Part shown: positions 39,262 through 49,315 of the stretch, one piece after another
How positions within the stretch are numbered: the stretch's first letter is position 1
How the letters are laid out: the number at the start of each line of letters is the position of its first letter
Assembly (NCBI GenBank): GCA_963713825.1
Contig: CAVQNG010000001.1
Span: forward strand, 224,001 to 288,000
Origin: an uncultured Acidobacteriota bacterium
GTDB lineage: Bacteria > Acidobacteriota > Thermoanaerobaculia > Multivoradales > JAHEKO01
Direction of reading: 5' to 3'
Length of the DNA: 64,000 nucleotides
The notes under the pieces: model-generated
Told to the model about the DNA's origin: nothing
Seen by the model: the letters and a program-made list of their open reading frames with translations, nothing else
The model's database searches: none
Made by a program: the position numbers and the translations under genes

Positions 39262-41715
39262 TCAGCCGTCTTCCTTTTCCTCCGCCCAGGATTCCTGCAC
39301 CAGAGTCCAGTCCTCGACATCGTCGGGCATGCGCTCGCCAACTTTGGGCAGGTAGAAGGGGCGCTGTTGATACCAGGGAAGCTGGAGGATCCGAGCGCTC
39401 TCCGGATCGAACTGTCGGGCGGGCTCCGTGCCGGAGACGAATGCCTCGGAGATCACATTCTGGGCTCCCGGGCCCGGCAGCATGCCGGTGAGATACTCGA
39501 CCTGCATCTCGACAACAGAAGGCGGGCGAACGAAGGATGATCCTGCCGCGAGCCAACCCTCTTCCAGTCCAGTTTCCACGATCGATTGCCAGATAGGAAG
39601 TGCCGCTGCGGCGCCGGTCATGTTGCGGCCGATCGAGCGATTTACGTCGTGGCCCACCCAGGTCAGGATCGTGTGGGTGGGTGTATAGCCGACGAACCAG
39701 GCGTCGATGTAGTCGTCCGTCGTGCCGGTCTTGCCAGCCAGGTCGAGATCGAGGCCGGAGACACGAACGGCTGTTCCCCGATCCACGACTCCCTCGAGAA
39801 TGTGACCGAGCACAAACGCGATTTCGGGCTCCATGGCCTTGTGAGCGCGCGGCTGGTGGGTCTCGAGATTCTGGCCGTCTGGGGTGCGGACGGCTTCGAT
39901 CAAGTAGGGCTCCAGATAGACGCCCTGATTGGCGATGGCGGAATAGGCGCCGGCCAGTTCGAGTGGAATGAGCTCCGCAGAACCGAGCGCAAGACTGGGG
40001 TAGGGGGGGAGGTTGGAGCGGATTCCACAGCGCCGTGCGAAGTCGATGGTGTGCTCGACCCCGACGATGTCCATCAGCTTGGCAGAGCACACATTCATCG
40101 ATTTTTCGAGCGCTCGACGCAACGTCGTGATGCCGTAGTACTGGCGGTAGAAATTGCGTGGAGAATAGCTGGGCACGTTGTTGGCAGCCGGAAAGACGGT
40201 CGGGCCGTCGAAGATCGTGTCAGCAGGAGTAAATCCGGTTTCGAGCGCCGAACCGAAGACGAAGACCTTGAAAGCAGATCCCACCTGTCGTTTCGCCTGC
40301 GTCGCGCGATTGAAGCTGCTGCGGTCGAAATCCCATCCACCGACCATGGCCCTGACCGCTCCGGTGGCCGATTCCAAGACGATCGCGGCGCCTTCCAACT
40401 CCGGCTCCTGCTCCAGGTGGACGATATCGAGCGGTGCCCCTTCCTCTTCCGTTGCCGCGTGAAGGCTGACCCAGACGACATCGCCTGGCTCGAGAATCTG
40501 CTGCGGGTTCTGGTGCCGCGTCCACTTCATACCGTCGGACTCGAGCAGCAGGTTCACCTCGCCGATTCTGAGATCGGCGCCGCGCGCGCTGACGGCCATG
40601 ACCAGGGCTTCGTACCAGCTGCCGGCGGTCAATTCGACATTGCGCCAGGAGGGCAGCTCATAGCCCGCCAGATCGTCGGTCTCGACCTTGCGGAGACTTC
40701 CTCGCCAGCCGTTTCGATGGTCGAGTCGGATCAGCCCCTGTTCGAGAGCGGTCTCTGCCGCGCTCTGCACCGGAGGATCCAAAGTCGTATCGACCTGCAG
40801 GCCCTGCTCGAGGAGACCCTCGGCACCGTAGGTGGACTCCAGGTACCGACGCACTTCCTCGGCGAAATATGGTGCCCGGAGGTCCTTCTTTCGATTCGGC
40901 ACGACGAGCAATGGCAGATCGATAGTTTCCCGGTACTGCTCTGCGGTGATGTAGCCCTCTTCCCGCATGCGCCGCAAGACGTAGTCACGTCGGGTGATGA
41001 CCAAGTCAGGGCTTCTATAGGGACTGTAGGCGCTGGGCCTTTGTGGAATCCCGGCCAGGACAGCCGCCTCGGCCAGGTCGACGTCTTTGACGGTCTTTCC
41101 AAAGTAGGCACGCGAGGCGGATTCCATACCGTAGTTGCCATGTCCCATGAAGATCAGGTTGCAGTAGAGGGTCAGAATCTGCTGCTTGCTGAAATTCTTC
41201 TCCAACTCGACTGCGAGAAGTGCCTCCTCAGCCTTGCGCTGCCAGGTCTTCTTGGGGGTCAGGTAAAGCTGACGTGCGAGTTGCATGGTGATGGTCGAGC
41301 CGCCCATGGCAAGTCTGCCTTGGCGTAGGTTCTGGGTCATGGCACGCAGCACGCCCTCAGCGTCGATTCCTCCATGCTGGAAGAAGTTGCTGTCTTCCGC
41401 GGCCAGGATCGCGTTCTGGAGAAGGGGTGGGATCTCTCCCTCTTCGATCAGCACACGCTTCTCTTTCGCGTAGGTGGCGAACACCTCGCCGTTGCGGTCG
41501 AAAAGACGTGTGATCACTCCAGGGGAAAAGTCCGCCAGGGACTCCACCTGGGGCATGTTGATGATCGAGGCGACACCCACACCGCCCAGAACGCCGAGGA
41601 GAAGTGCCAGCGCCGGGGCTGCGATCCATACTGTCAGCTTCGATCTGGAGCGCTGTCGGTGGCCACTTCGAGTGGCTGCGGGGGTCCTCTCGGACCTGTC
41701 AGAGGTAGAGCTCAC
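39262..41715 (-). CDS. mrcA: Class A penicillin-binding protein 1A
   Basis: Transglycosylase motifs EDSNFFQH, GSTITMQL and RKAEE. Transpeptidase motifs SAFK, SMN and KTG. Confidence 0.93.
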   Translation of the reverse strand: MSSTSDRSERTPAATRSGHRQRSRSKLTVWIAAPALALLLGVLGGVGVASIINMPQVESLADFSPGVITRLFDRNGEVFATYAKEKRVLIEEGEIPPLLQNAILAAEDSNFFQHGGIDAEGVLRAMTQNLRQGRLAMGGSTITMQLARQLYLTPKKTWQRKAEEALLAVELEKNFSKQQILTLYCNLIFMGHGNYGMESASRAYFGKTVKDVDLAEAAVLAGIPQRPSAYSPYRSPDLVITRRDYVLRRMREEGYITAEQYRETIDLPLLVVPNRKKDLRAPYFAEEVRRYLESTYGAEGLLEQGLQVDTTLDPPVQSAAETALEQGLIRLDHRNGWRGSLRKVETDDLAGYELPSWRNVELTAGSWYEALVMAVSARGADLRIGEVNLLLESDGMKWTRHQNPQQILEPGDVVWVSLHAATEEEGAPLDIVHLEQEPELEGAAIVLESATGAVRAMVGGWDFDRSSFNRATQAKRQVGSAFKVFVFGSALETGFTPADTIFDGPTVFPAANNVPSYSPRNFYRQYYGITTLRRALEKSMNVCSAKLMDIVGVEHTIDFARRCGIRSNLPPYPSLALGSAELIPLELAGAYSAIANQGVYLEPYLIEAVRTPDGQNLETHQPRAHKAMEPEIAFVLGHILEGVVDRGTAVRVSGLDLDLAGKTGTTDDYIDAWFVGYTPTHTILTWVGHDVNRSIGRNMTGAAAALPIWQSIVETGLEEGWLAAGSSFVRPPSVVEMQVEYLTGMLPGPGAQNVISEAFVSGTEPARQFDPESARILQLPWYQQRPFYLPKVGERMPDDVEDWTLVQESWAEEKEDG

Positions 41716-41846
41716 GCGTGGAGATTATAGTCGTCTAGGCCAGTCTACGCATCGCGTCTCGGTCATCGAGGGGTCAGATCCTGGCTGATTTGCGACGGTC
41801 GGGAGCGAAGAATAGAATGCGTTCATAGTGAACTTCGAAAGGTCCG

Positions 41847-42386
41847 ATGAATCGAGTGCCGACGCCACCTGAACAGAGTAACGTCGATATCGACAGGGAG
41901 CCGTTTTCGCCGCGCGGTCCCCAGTCGAAGTGGACCGGTAACTCACGGCGGGCACTCTTGGGTTGTGGAGCGCTGATCGTCTTGCTGGGCATCGGCTCGG
42001 TGGTCTTTCTCCTCAAAGCGAAGGACCTTTTCGGCTGGATGATGACCGAGCTGGAGGCGCAGGTTGAGGAGTCCCTTCCGGCGGATATCACCGAGCCCGA
42101 AAGACAGGAACTGGCGGAGGCCTTCGACGCCGTTGTCGACGCCGTCGAGGAGGACCGTGCCGATGTCGTCGCTCTTCAGGATCTGCAGAAGATGCTTCGA
42201 GAGGCCCTCGGTGAAGGCCCAAAACGGTTCAGTCGCCAGGAGATCCAGGGCTTGATCGAAGCTCTGGATCGGGTATCGGGTAGAGAGCCGGGCGACACCA
42301 CCGATGATCCACTGCCGGATCCAGCCGGCGTCTCCGAGTCGGTTGGGCTGCCGGCGGTGCCCGAACCCGCCCACCGAGCTGCGTAG
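41847..42386 (+). CDS. Hypothetical single-TM membrane protein
   Basis: TM segment ALLGCGALIVLLGIGSVVFLL followed by an acidic helical domain. Fills the gap before uvrB. Confidence 0.65.
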   Translation: MNRVPTPPEQSNVDIDREPFSPRGPQSKWTGNSRRALLGCGALIVLLGIGSVVFLLKAKDLFGWMMTELEAQVEESLPADITEPERQELAEAFDAVVDAVEEDRADVVALQDLQKMLREALGEGPKRFSRQEIQGLIEALDRVSGREPGDTTDDPLPDPAGVSESVGLPAVPEPAHRAA

Positions 42387-42410
42387 GAAACACCCAGTAG
42401 AATCGTTGGT

Positions 42411-44402
42411 ATGGAGAGGTTCAACCTCGAGTCCCCCCTGGTACCGCAGGGTGATCAGCCCCAAGCGATTCGGCAGCTTGTGCAAGGACTCGAAGCGGGT
42501 CTGAAAGAACAGGTTCTGCTAGGTGTCACCGGTTCGGGCAAGACCTTCACCATGGCCAAGGTCATCGAGGAGGTGAATCGGCCGACCCTGATTCTCTCCC
42601 ACAACAAGACGCTAGCCGCCCAGCTCTACCAGGAGTTCAGGAGCTTCTTCCCACACAACGCCGTAGAGTATTTCGTCTCCTACTACGACTACTACCAACC
42701 CGAAGCCTACGTGCCTCAGAGTGACACTTACATCGAGAAGGAAACGAGCATCAACGAGGAGATCGACCGACTCCGCCTGCGCGCGACCAAAGTGCTGTTC
42801 GAGCGCCGTGATGTGGTGATTATTGCCTCGGTGTCCTGCATCTATGGCCTCGGATCGCCCGAAGCGTTCTTCGGCATGCTCCAGTTCTTCGGGATCGGCC
42901 AGGACGACGGTATGGAAACGGCACTTCGAAAGCTCGTGGAGATGCAGTACGAGCGGACGTCGATGGATCTGTTCCCCGGCAGCTTCAGGGCTCGAGGCGA
43001 TGTGCTCGAGATCTTTCCCGCCTATGAGGAGGCCGGCTATCGAATCGAGTACTTTGGCGACGAAATCGAGCGCATCTGCCGATTCGATTTACTCAGAGGC
43101 GACTCAGTGGAGGAACTGGATCGGATCGCCGTGTTCCCAAAGACACACTACGTAACTCCCAGGGATCAGTTGGAGTCGGCGATCGGTGGTATCCAGAAAG
43201 AGCTCGAAGAGAGGCTGCCTGATCTGGAGTCCCAGGAGAAGCTTCTCGAGGCTCAGCGACTGGAGCAGCGGACGCGCTTCGATCTCGAGATGCTGCGGGA
43301 GATCGGCTACTGCCATGGGATCGAGAACTACTCCAGGCATCTGTCGGGTCGACAGCCTGGTGAGGCGCCGCCGACCCTGTTGGACTACCTGCCGGACGAT
43401 GCGCTATTGATGATCGATGAAAGCCATCAGTCGGTGCCGCAGGTCAGGGGCATGTTCCACGGCGATCGATCCCGCAAAGAGACGCTGGTCGAATACGGCT
43501 TCCGGCTGCCGAGTGCTCTGGACAATCGGCCGCTGACGTTCGAAGAGTTCGACAGCCGTGGACACCAGAGAATCTACGTGTCGGCGACCCCGGGTGAGTG
43601 GGAATTGCAGCGCTCGCAAGGGGTCATCGCCGAACAGGTGGTTCGACCGACAGGTCTTCTCGACCCCGAGATCGAGGTGCGGCCAGCCAGCGGGCAGGTC
43701 GACGACCTGCTGGCCGAGATCCGCCGCGTAACGGGGCTGGGTGGCAGGGTGCTGGTGACGACTCTCACGAAGCGGATGGCGGAAGAGCTGACGCAGTACT
43801 TGTTGGAAGTGGGAGTGCAGGTGCGCTACCTTCATAGTGACGTCGAGACTCTCGAAAGGGTGGAGATCGTGACCGACTTGCGCCGTGGGGTGTTCGATGT
43901 TCTGGTTGGGATCAATCTGCTCCGCGAGGGACTGGATCTGCCCGAAGTGGCCCTCGTGGCTGTTTTGGATGCCGACAAAGAGGGCTTTCTGAGAAGCGGT
44001 ACCTCGCTCATCCAGACTGCCGGCCGCGCGGCGAGAAATCTGGAAGGCCGGGTGTTGTTCTATGCCGACAGGATTACAGACTCGATGCGGCGGGCGATGA
44101 CCGAGACCGATCGGCGTCGGATTCGGCAGCAGGCGTATAACGAAGAGCACGGCATCGAGCCGAGAAGTGTTCTCAAGGACATTCATAGCCCGCTCGTAAC
44201 CATGAGCAACCTGGACTACTTCTCCCTCGGTGATCGCCTACCTTCGAAGGTGGGTGAGCGGTCGGGGCTGCCATTGAGCCAGCAGATCGAGAGCCTCGAA
44301 AGGGAGATGAAGGCGGCCGCCAAGCGTCTCGAGTTCGAGGAGGCAGCCGCGCTTCGAGACGAGCTTCGCGAGCTCAAAGAGCTCCAGATCTACAGCAACT
44401 GA
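42411..44402 (+). CDS. uvrB: Excinuclease ABC subunit B
   Basis: [31 protein letters not shown] and C-terminal UVR domain. Confidence 0.98.
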   Translation: MERFNLESPLVPQGDQPQAIRQLVQGLEAGLKEQVLLGVTGSGKTFTMAKVIEEVNRPTLILSHNKTLAAQLYQEFRSFFPHNAVEYFVSYYDYYQPEAYVPQSDTYIEKETSINEEIDRLRLRATKVLFERRDVVIIASVSCIYGLGSPEAFFGMLQFFGIGQDDGMETALRKLVEMQYERTSMDLFPGSFRARGDVLEIFPAYEEAGYRIEYFGDEIERICRFDLLRGDSVEELDRIAVFPKTHYVTPRDQLESAIGGIQKELEERLPDLESQEKLLEAQRLEQRTRFDLEMLREIGYCHGIENYSRHLSGRQPGEAPPTLLDYLPDDALLMIDESHQSVPQVRGMFHGDRSRKETLVEYGFRLPSALDNRPLTFEEFDSRGHQRIYVSATPGEWELQRSQGVIAEQVVRPTGLLDPEIEVRPASGQVDDLLAEIRRVTGLGGRVLVTTLTKRMAEELTQYLLEVGVQVRYLHSDVETLERVEIVTDLRRGVFDVLVGINLLREGLDLPEVALVAVLDADKEGFLRSGTSLIQTAGRAARNLEGRVLFYADRITDSMRRAMTETDRRRIRQQAYNEEHGIEPRSVLKDIHSPLVTMSNLDYFSLGDRLPSKVGERSGLPLSQQIESLEREMKAAAKRLEFEEAAALRDELRELKELQIYSN

Positions 44403-44425
44403 AGAGTCGTGCACACCCTTAGACA

Positions 44426-46237
44426 ATGGTGAGTCCTGCTCTTCAGCAACGTGTCCGTGAGCTGCCGGACAGGCCTGGCATCTATATCTTCCAGGATGCA
44501 AGTGCACACCCTCTCTACGTCGGCAAGGCCACTTCGCTGCGCAAGCGGGTGGCGAGCTACCTTTCCGGCCAGCATGAGCCTCGCATAGCGACGATGCTCT
44601 TGGAAGCGGCCGACATCGAGTTCGTCGTCACCGATACCGAGGCCGAAGCTCTTCTGCTCGAAAATAACTGGATCAAGGGCCGGCGACCGCGGTACAACAT
44701 CTTGCTGCGGGACGACAAGACCTATCCCTACGTAAAGTTGACATTCGACGAATATCCGCGGGTGGCATTCACCCGTCGGCTGGGCCAAGATGGCGCCGCC
44801 TACTTCGGGCCCTACTTGCCTGGTGGCCTGGCACGTCGTGCCATCAAGCTGGTGCAGAAGCTCTTCGAGATCAGGGTTTGTCGAATTGACATCGACGGTT
44901 CACTGCCTCGCCCCTGCCTCTATCACGACATGGGGCGGTGCCTTGGTCCGTGCGTCGATGGGCTGACGACGAAGGCGGCCTATGACCAGGCAATCGCAGC
45001 AGCGAAGCTGTTCCTGGCAGGTAGGAACGAAGAGCTGCTCAAGCGTTTGCGGCGTGAGATGGAGGCGCATGCCGAAGCCATGGAGTTCGAGCAGGCCGCC
45101 AGGGCACGAGATCTGATTGCCGAGATCGAATCGGTGACCCAGCAGCGCAAACTGTCGTCGGTGCGCGGCGAGAATGTGGATGTCTACGGGGTGCACACGG
45201 CGGAAGGCAATGCTTCGATCTGCGTTCTGGTGATGAGAGATGGTCAAGTACTGGATCGTCGGGAGCTGTTCTGGGAGGGCAGGCAGGAGGTCTCGGCGGA
45301 GGGCGTGTTATCGGAACTACTGCCCCAGATCTACGAACGGACCACTTTCATTCCTGGCGAGATTCACCTGCCTCTCCCTATCGATGGGCAAGAGAGTCTG
45401 GCCGCGTGGCTGGGCGACCGGAAAGGCGAGAGGGTGTTCATCAGGCTGCCGTCCCGGGGACCGAAGGCGCATCGCGTGGCGCTGGCTCAGAGGAACGCTG
45501 CAATGGCCCACCGGCGGAGATTCCGCACCGATCAGGGCAGCGACCTGATGGCGCAGGCTTTGATGGCGCATTTGGGCCTGCTGGAGGCGCCGCGTCGGAT
45601 CGAAGGTTTCGATGTCGCGACCCTGCACGGGGGAGAGACCGTGGCCTCGTTGGTAGTGTGGGAGCAAGGACGGATGCAGAAGTCGGAGTATCGGAGCTTC
45701 AACATCAAGCATCTCCAGCAAGCCGATGATTTCGCGTCGATCCACCAGGCTGTGTTGCGGCGCTACCGCAGGCGGTTGGAAGAGCTCGGTGCGATGCCGG
45801 ACCTGATCCTCATCGACGGAGGTCGGGGGCAACTCAACGCTGCCTTGAGCGCCCTGGTGGAGCTGGGGGTCGAAGAGACACCGGTAGTCGGGCTCGCGAA
45901 GAGGGAGGAGGAGTTGTACCTGGCGCACCGTCCGGACCCGCTGAGGCTACCTCGACGTGACCCGGGTTTGAGGCTCCTCCAGCAGATCCGGGACGAGGCT
46001 CATCGATTCGCCCTGTCCCGCCATCGCAAGCGCAGGGTCAAGAAGTCCTTGACGAGCGAGTTGGACGGGATCCCAGGTATCGGTCCCCGTCGGCGCAAGC
46101 TGCTACTGCGGCGGTTCGGAAGCGTTGCACAAGTGAAGCAAGCCCGATTGGAGGATCTGCAGGAAGCTCTCGGGCCGGTGGTCGGAAGTCGAGTGTTCCA
46201 GGAGCTCGGCAGCGGTCCGGCTCGATTCGAGGGTTGA
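44426..46237 (+). CDS. uvrC: Excinuclease ABC subunit C
   Basis: GIY-YVG, LLRDDK.YPY, DGGRGQ, RDEAHRFA and HhH GIG. Confidence 0.97.
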   Translation: MVSPALQQRVRELPDRPGIYIFQDASAHPLYVGKATSLRKRVASYLSGQHEPRIATMLLEAADIEFVVTDTEAEALLLENNWIKGRRPRYNILLRDDKTYPYVKLTFDEYPRVAFTRRLGQDGAAYFGPYLPGGLARRAIKLVQKLFEIRVCRIDIDGSLPRPCLYHDMGRCLGPCVDGLTTKAAYDQAIAAAKLFLAGRNEELLKRLRREMEAHAEAMEFEQAARARDLIAEIESVTQQRKLSSVRGENVDVYGVHTAEGNASICVLVMRDGQVLDRRELFWEGRQEVSAEGVLSELLPQIYERTTFIPGEIHLPLPIDGQESLAAWLGDRKGERVFIRLPSRGPKAHRVALAQRNAAMAHRRRFRTDQGSDLMAQALMAHLGLLEAPRRIEGFDVATLHGGETVASLVVWEQGRMQKSEYRSFNIKHLQQADDFASIHQAVLRRYRRRLEELGAMPDLILIDGGRGQLNAALSALVELGVEETPVVGLAKREEELYLAHRPDPLRLPRRDPGLRLLQQIRDEAHRFALSRHRKRRVKKSLTSELDGIPGIGPRRRKLLLRRFGSVAQVKQARLEDLQEALGPVVGSRVFQELGSGPARFEG

Positions 46238-46300
46238 TCACTTCACAGAGAGGCCCAGAGCCGTTCTGTAGAATGAGCGTACACAGGTCCTGTCCGAGCT

Positions 46301-47854
46301 ATGCCTATCGAGCCCAGAGAGCCGTCCGAGATTCGATTCTTCGACGCAATACGCGAGGCCTACCTTGAAGGCTGGACCGGGCGACTGGGTCTGAATTCGG
46401 CAGATATCAGGGGCCAGCTGTTCTTTGTGGCGGGCGACCTGTACCTCTCTCCCGAACACCCTTTCGAGGCGGCAGCGAGCGCCTGGGCGAGCTCCCTCAG
46501 GGCTACTCAACGTCAAGCCAGCGGACAAGGGGAGGAGGAAGGTGGGGTCTCGCGCCGATCCGAATCGGCGATTCGGAATCAAGAGAGCGCCGAAAGTCGA
46601 TTGGCAACGAAGCGCCTGATCTCTGATCTCACCGATCTTCTCGATCCATGCGCCAGGGAAGCCTGTCATTTCGTTGATGGTGCCGGACAGATTCGCTTGG
46701 ACCTGATTGGGCCATTGCCAACCGGCAGACTCATCATGGAAATATCGGTTCGAGGCGTTGACGAGGGCGGACTGCTGCGGCAGCTCGGTGGTGAAACTGC
46801 CATCCTCGTCGCTTCGTCGGCCGAGGAAGTGGGCCCTGTCGGGTTCGAGCTCGATCCTCAGGAGGCTTTCCTGTTGTCCCGCCTCGAAAAGCCCCTTTCG
46901 GTTGGCGATCTCTTGCAGCAACTGAATGTCGAGAAGCTCGAGAGCTTGCAGCATCTCTGTCGCCTCCTGGCGGTTGGTCTGATTCAGGGTGAGGTCGGCG
47001 TGGCAGGGGACCGTGATTCTTCTTCCTTCGGATCGGAGCTGGTACAGCGCCTTTCGCAACGCATTTCCGAGAGCCTGGAGAAGGAGCCTGTGACGCTGGC
47101 TACGGACGATCATCGCGAGTTACTTGGCAACCTCCTGGGACGAATGGGCGAGATGACGTACTTCGAGCTGCTCGCTGTGAGCCCGCAGAGCGGCGTCGAG
47201 GAAGTCCACCGGGCCTTCATGGAGTTGGGGCGGATGGTCCATCCCAGCCATGCCGATCGACTGGCGTTGGCAGGGGGTGAAGGGGCTCTCGGCCTGCTCC
47301 TGGAACGCGCTACCGAAGCTTATTTCACGTTGAGTGACTCCGAGCGGCGGGCCGAGTACTTCGAAAAAGTAGGGCCACTGCAGATCAATGAGGAAGACGC
47401 GGCGACGGCCGAGGAGCGCCAGGAGGAGATGAAAAGCGTAGCGCGTCGCAATTTCCAGTTGGCGCGCAATTTAGCGGATCGGCAGGAGTTCCACGCCGCG
47501 ATCCAACTCCTCGAACAGGCTGTGAAGTCGGCCCCTGAAAGCGAATATCTCGCGCTGCTCGCAGAGTGTCAGGCCTACAATCCGCGGTGGCTCGACCGAG
47601 CGGTTCAGAACCTGTCGAAGGCTGTCGCGATGAGGCCCGACGATGGGGCGCTGCGCTTTCGCCTCGGCTACCTCTTGGAGCGGCGGGGCGATACGATTCG
47701 AGCTCGTGAGGAGTATGAGGTGGCTCTCGAGAAGGGACCCGAAGTCATTGCTGCCAGGGAAGCTCTGGAACGCCTTGGATCCCGGAAGAAGTTGGCCGAT
47801 GAGAAGGGCCAATCGCGGTGGTCCCTTCGGTCCTTCTTCGGCAAGGGACGGTAA
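46301..47854 (+). CDS. DUF4388-like / J-domain-like / TPR multidomain protein
   Basis: N-terminal WTGRL..GQLFFVAG, TYFELL...VHPS...EAYFTLSDSERRAEY and C-terminal TPRs. Confidence 0.75.
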   Translation: MPIEPREPSEIRFFDAIREAYLEGWTGRLGLNSADIRGQLFFVAGDLYLSPEHPFEAAASAWASSLRATQRQASGQGEEEGGVSRRSESAIRNQESAESRLATKRLISDLTDLLDPCAREACHFVDGAGQIRLDLIGPLPTGRLIMEISVRGVDEGGLLRQLGGETAILVASSAEEVGPVGFELDPQEAFLLSRLEKPLSVGDLLQQLNVEKLESLQHLCRLLAVGLIQGEVGVAGDRDSSSFGSELVQRLSQRISESLEKEPVTLATDDHRELLGNLLGRMGEMTYFELLAVSPQSGVEEVHRAFMELGRMVHPSHADRLALAGGEGALGLLLERATEAYFTLSDSERRAEYFEKVGPLQINEEDAATAEERQEEMKSVARRNFQLARNLADRQEFHAAIQLLEQAVKSAPESEYLALLAECQAYNPRWLDRAVQNLSKAVAMRPDDGALRFRLGYLLERRGDTIRAREEYEVALEKGPEVIAAREALERLGSRKKLADEKGQSRWSLRSFFGKGR

Positions 47855-47932
47855 GCTGGCGAGCCAAACTGGGAGAGGCGATGGCGTCCCACACAACGGG
47901 CACTGCCATGGCACGGTAGAATAGGTCCAGCG

Positions 47933-48348
<416 letters not shown>

Positions 48349-48451
48349 AGCTTCTTTCTCGAGTTGAAGCCCTTGCCAGGCGGGAGTTCAGTTGATCGAG
48401 CCAATGCTGTCCGGTAGTCTCGAACGCAATCATGAGTGACGGTGACCGCCT

Positions 48452-49231
48452 ATGAGCCCCGAATTTGTTGTCAGCAGTCGCGAGCGACCGGCCGATCGAG
48501 CCCTCGAGGTCGAAGCCGGTGATTTCGTGTTCCAGGAAGGTGATCTCGGCACTGAGATGTTCATCATTCAGGAGGGAGAGGTCGAGATCTTCCAGCGAGT
48601 CGGCAATCAAGAGCGGCAACTGGCGATTCTCGAAAAAGGCGACTTCTTCGGCGAGATGTCGATTCTCGAGGAGCTGCCTCGGAATGCCAGTGCCAGGGCG
48701 TCGACTCCTTCACGACTCATCGTCATCGACGGCGCCACGTTCGATTCGATGCTGCGGTCGAATCCCGAGATCGGTGTGCGCATCATGCGCAAGCTCTCTC
48801 GACGGGTTCGAACGACGGATGAGCTGCTCCACAAGATCCTGGACTCGGAAGAGGAACGCCTGGAGCTTGCCACGAAGCTGAGACCACAAGTGATCGAGGT
48901 CGAGCCCGGCCCCGGATGTCTCGGGCATGCAGAATCGGGCACGGTGTTCGCGTTGCCGGCCAACGGTTCCGTGACCATCGGTCGTCAGGATCCGGTCACT
49001 GGTATCAGTCCCGACATCGATTTGACATCTGTCGATCCAGAGCGTTCCAGCAGCCGCCGACACGCCAAGATCTACCGGGAGGGGCAGATGTATCTGTTGG
49101 TGGAGGACATCGGTGCCACCAACGGCAGCTTCCTCAACGGCAAGCGAATCCGTACTGGTGTCCCAGTCGAGATCAAGTCTGGAGACCAGGTTCGGTTCGG
49201 TCTGGTGGAGCTCTCCTTTTCGTGCGAGTGA
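48452..49231 (+). CDS. Cyclic-nucleotide-binding + FHA domain protein
   Basis: cNMP motifs FQEGD, GDFFGEMS and PRNASA. FHA motifs IGR, SRRHA and ATNGSFLNG. Confidence 0.9.
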   Translation: MSPEFVVSSRERPADRALEVEAGDFVFQEGDLGTEMFIIQEGEVEIFQRVGNQERQLAILEKGDFFGEMSILEELPRNASARASTPSRLIVIDGATFDSMLRSNPEIGVRIMRKLSRRVRTTDELLHKILDSEEERLELATKLRPQVIEVEPGPGCLGHAESGTVFALPANGSVTIGRQDPVTGISPDIDLTSVDPERSSSRRHAKIYREGQMYLLVEDIGATNGSFLNGKRIRTGVPVEIKSGDQVRFGLVELSFSCE

Positions 49232-49315
49232 AGCAGGGCCTGGCCAAAGACCTGTTTCTGTGCGGGGCCGCAGAGACCCTCGTTGGCCTGGATCCTCCTG
49301 ATCGTCGTGTCCTCG

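Noticed and set aside
39586-41328. 580-aa ORF antisense to PBP1A (likewise 35541-36827, 8983-10107 and 13133-14251)
   Set aside because: These are shadow frames caused by codon bias and show no recognisable domains.
42387-44425. SOS/LexA boxes before uvrB, uvrC, mutS, recG and ssb
   Set aside because: No shared palindrome or GTTC-N7-GTTC-type direct repeat was recognisable by eye.
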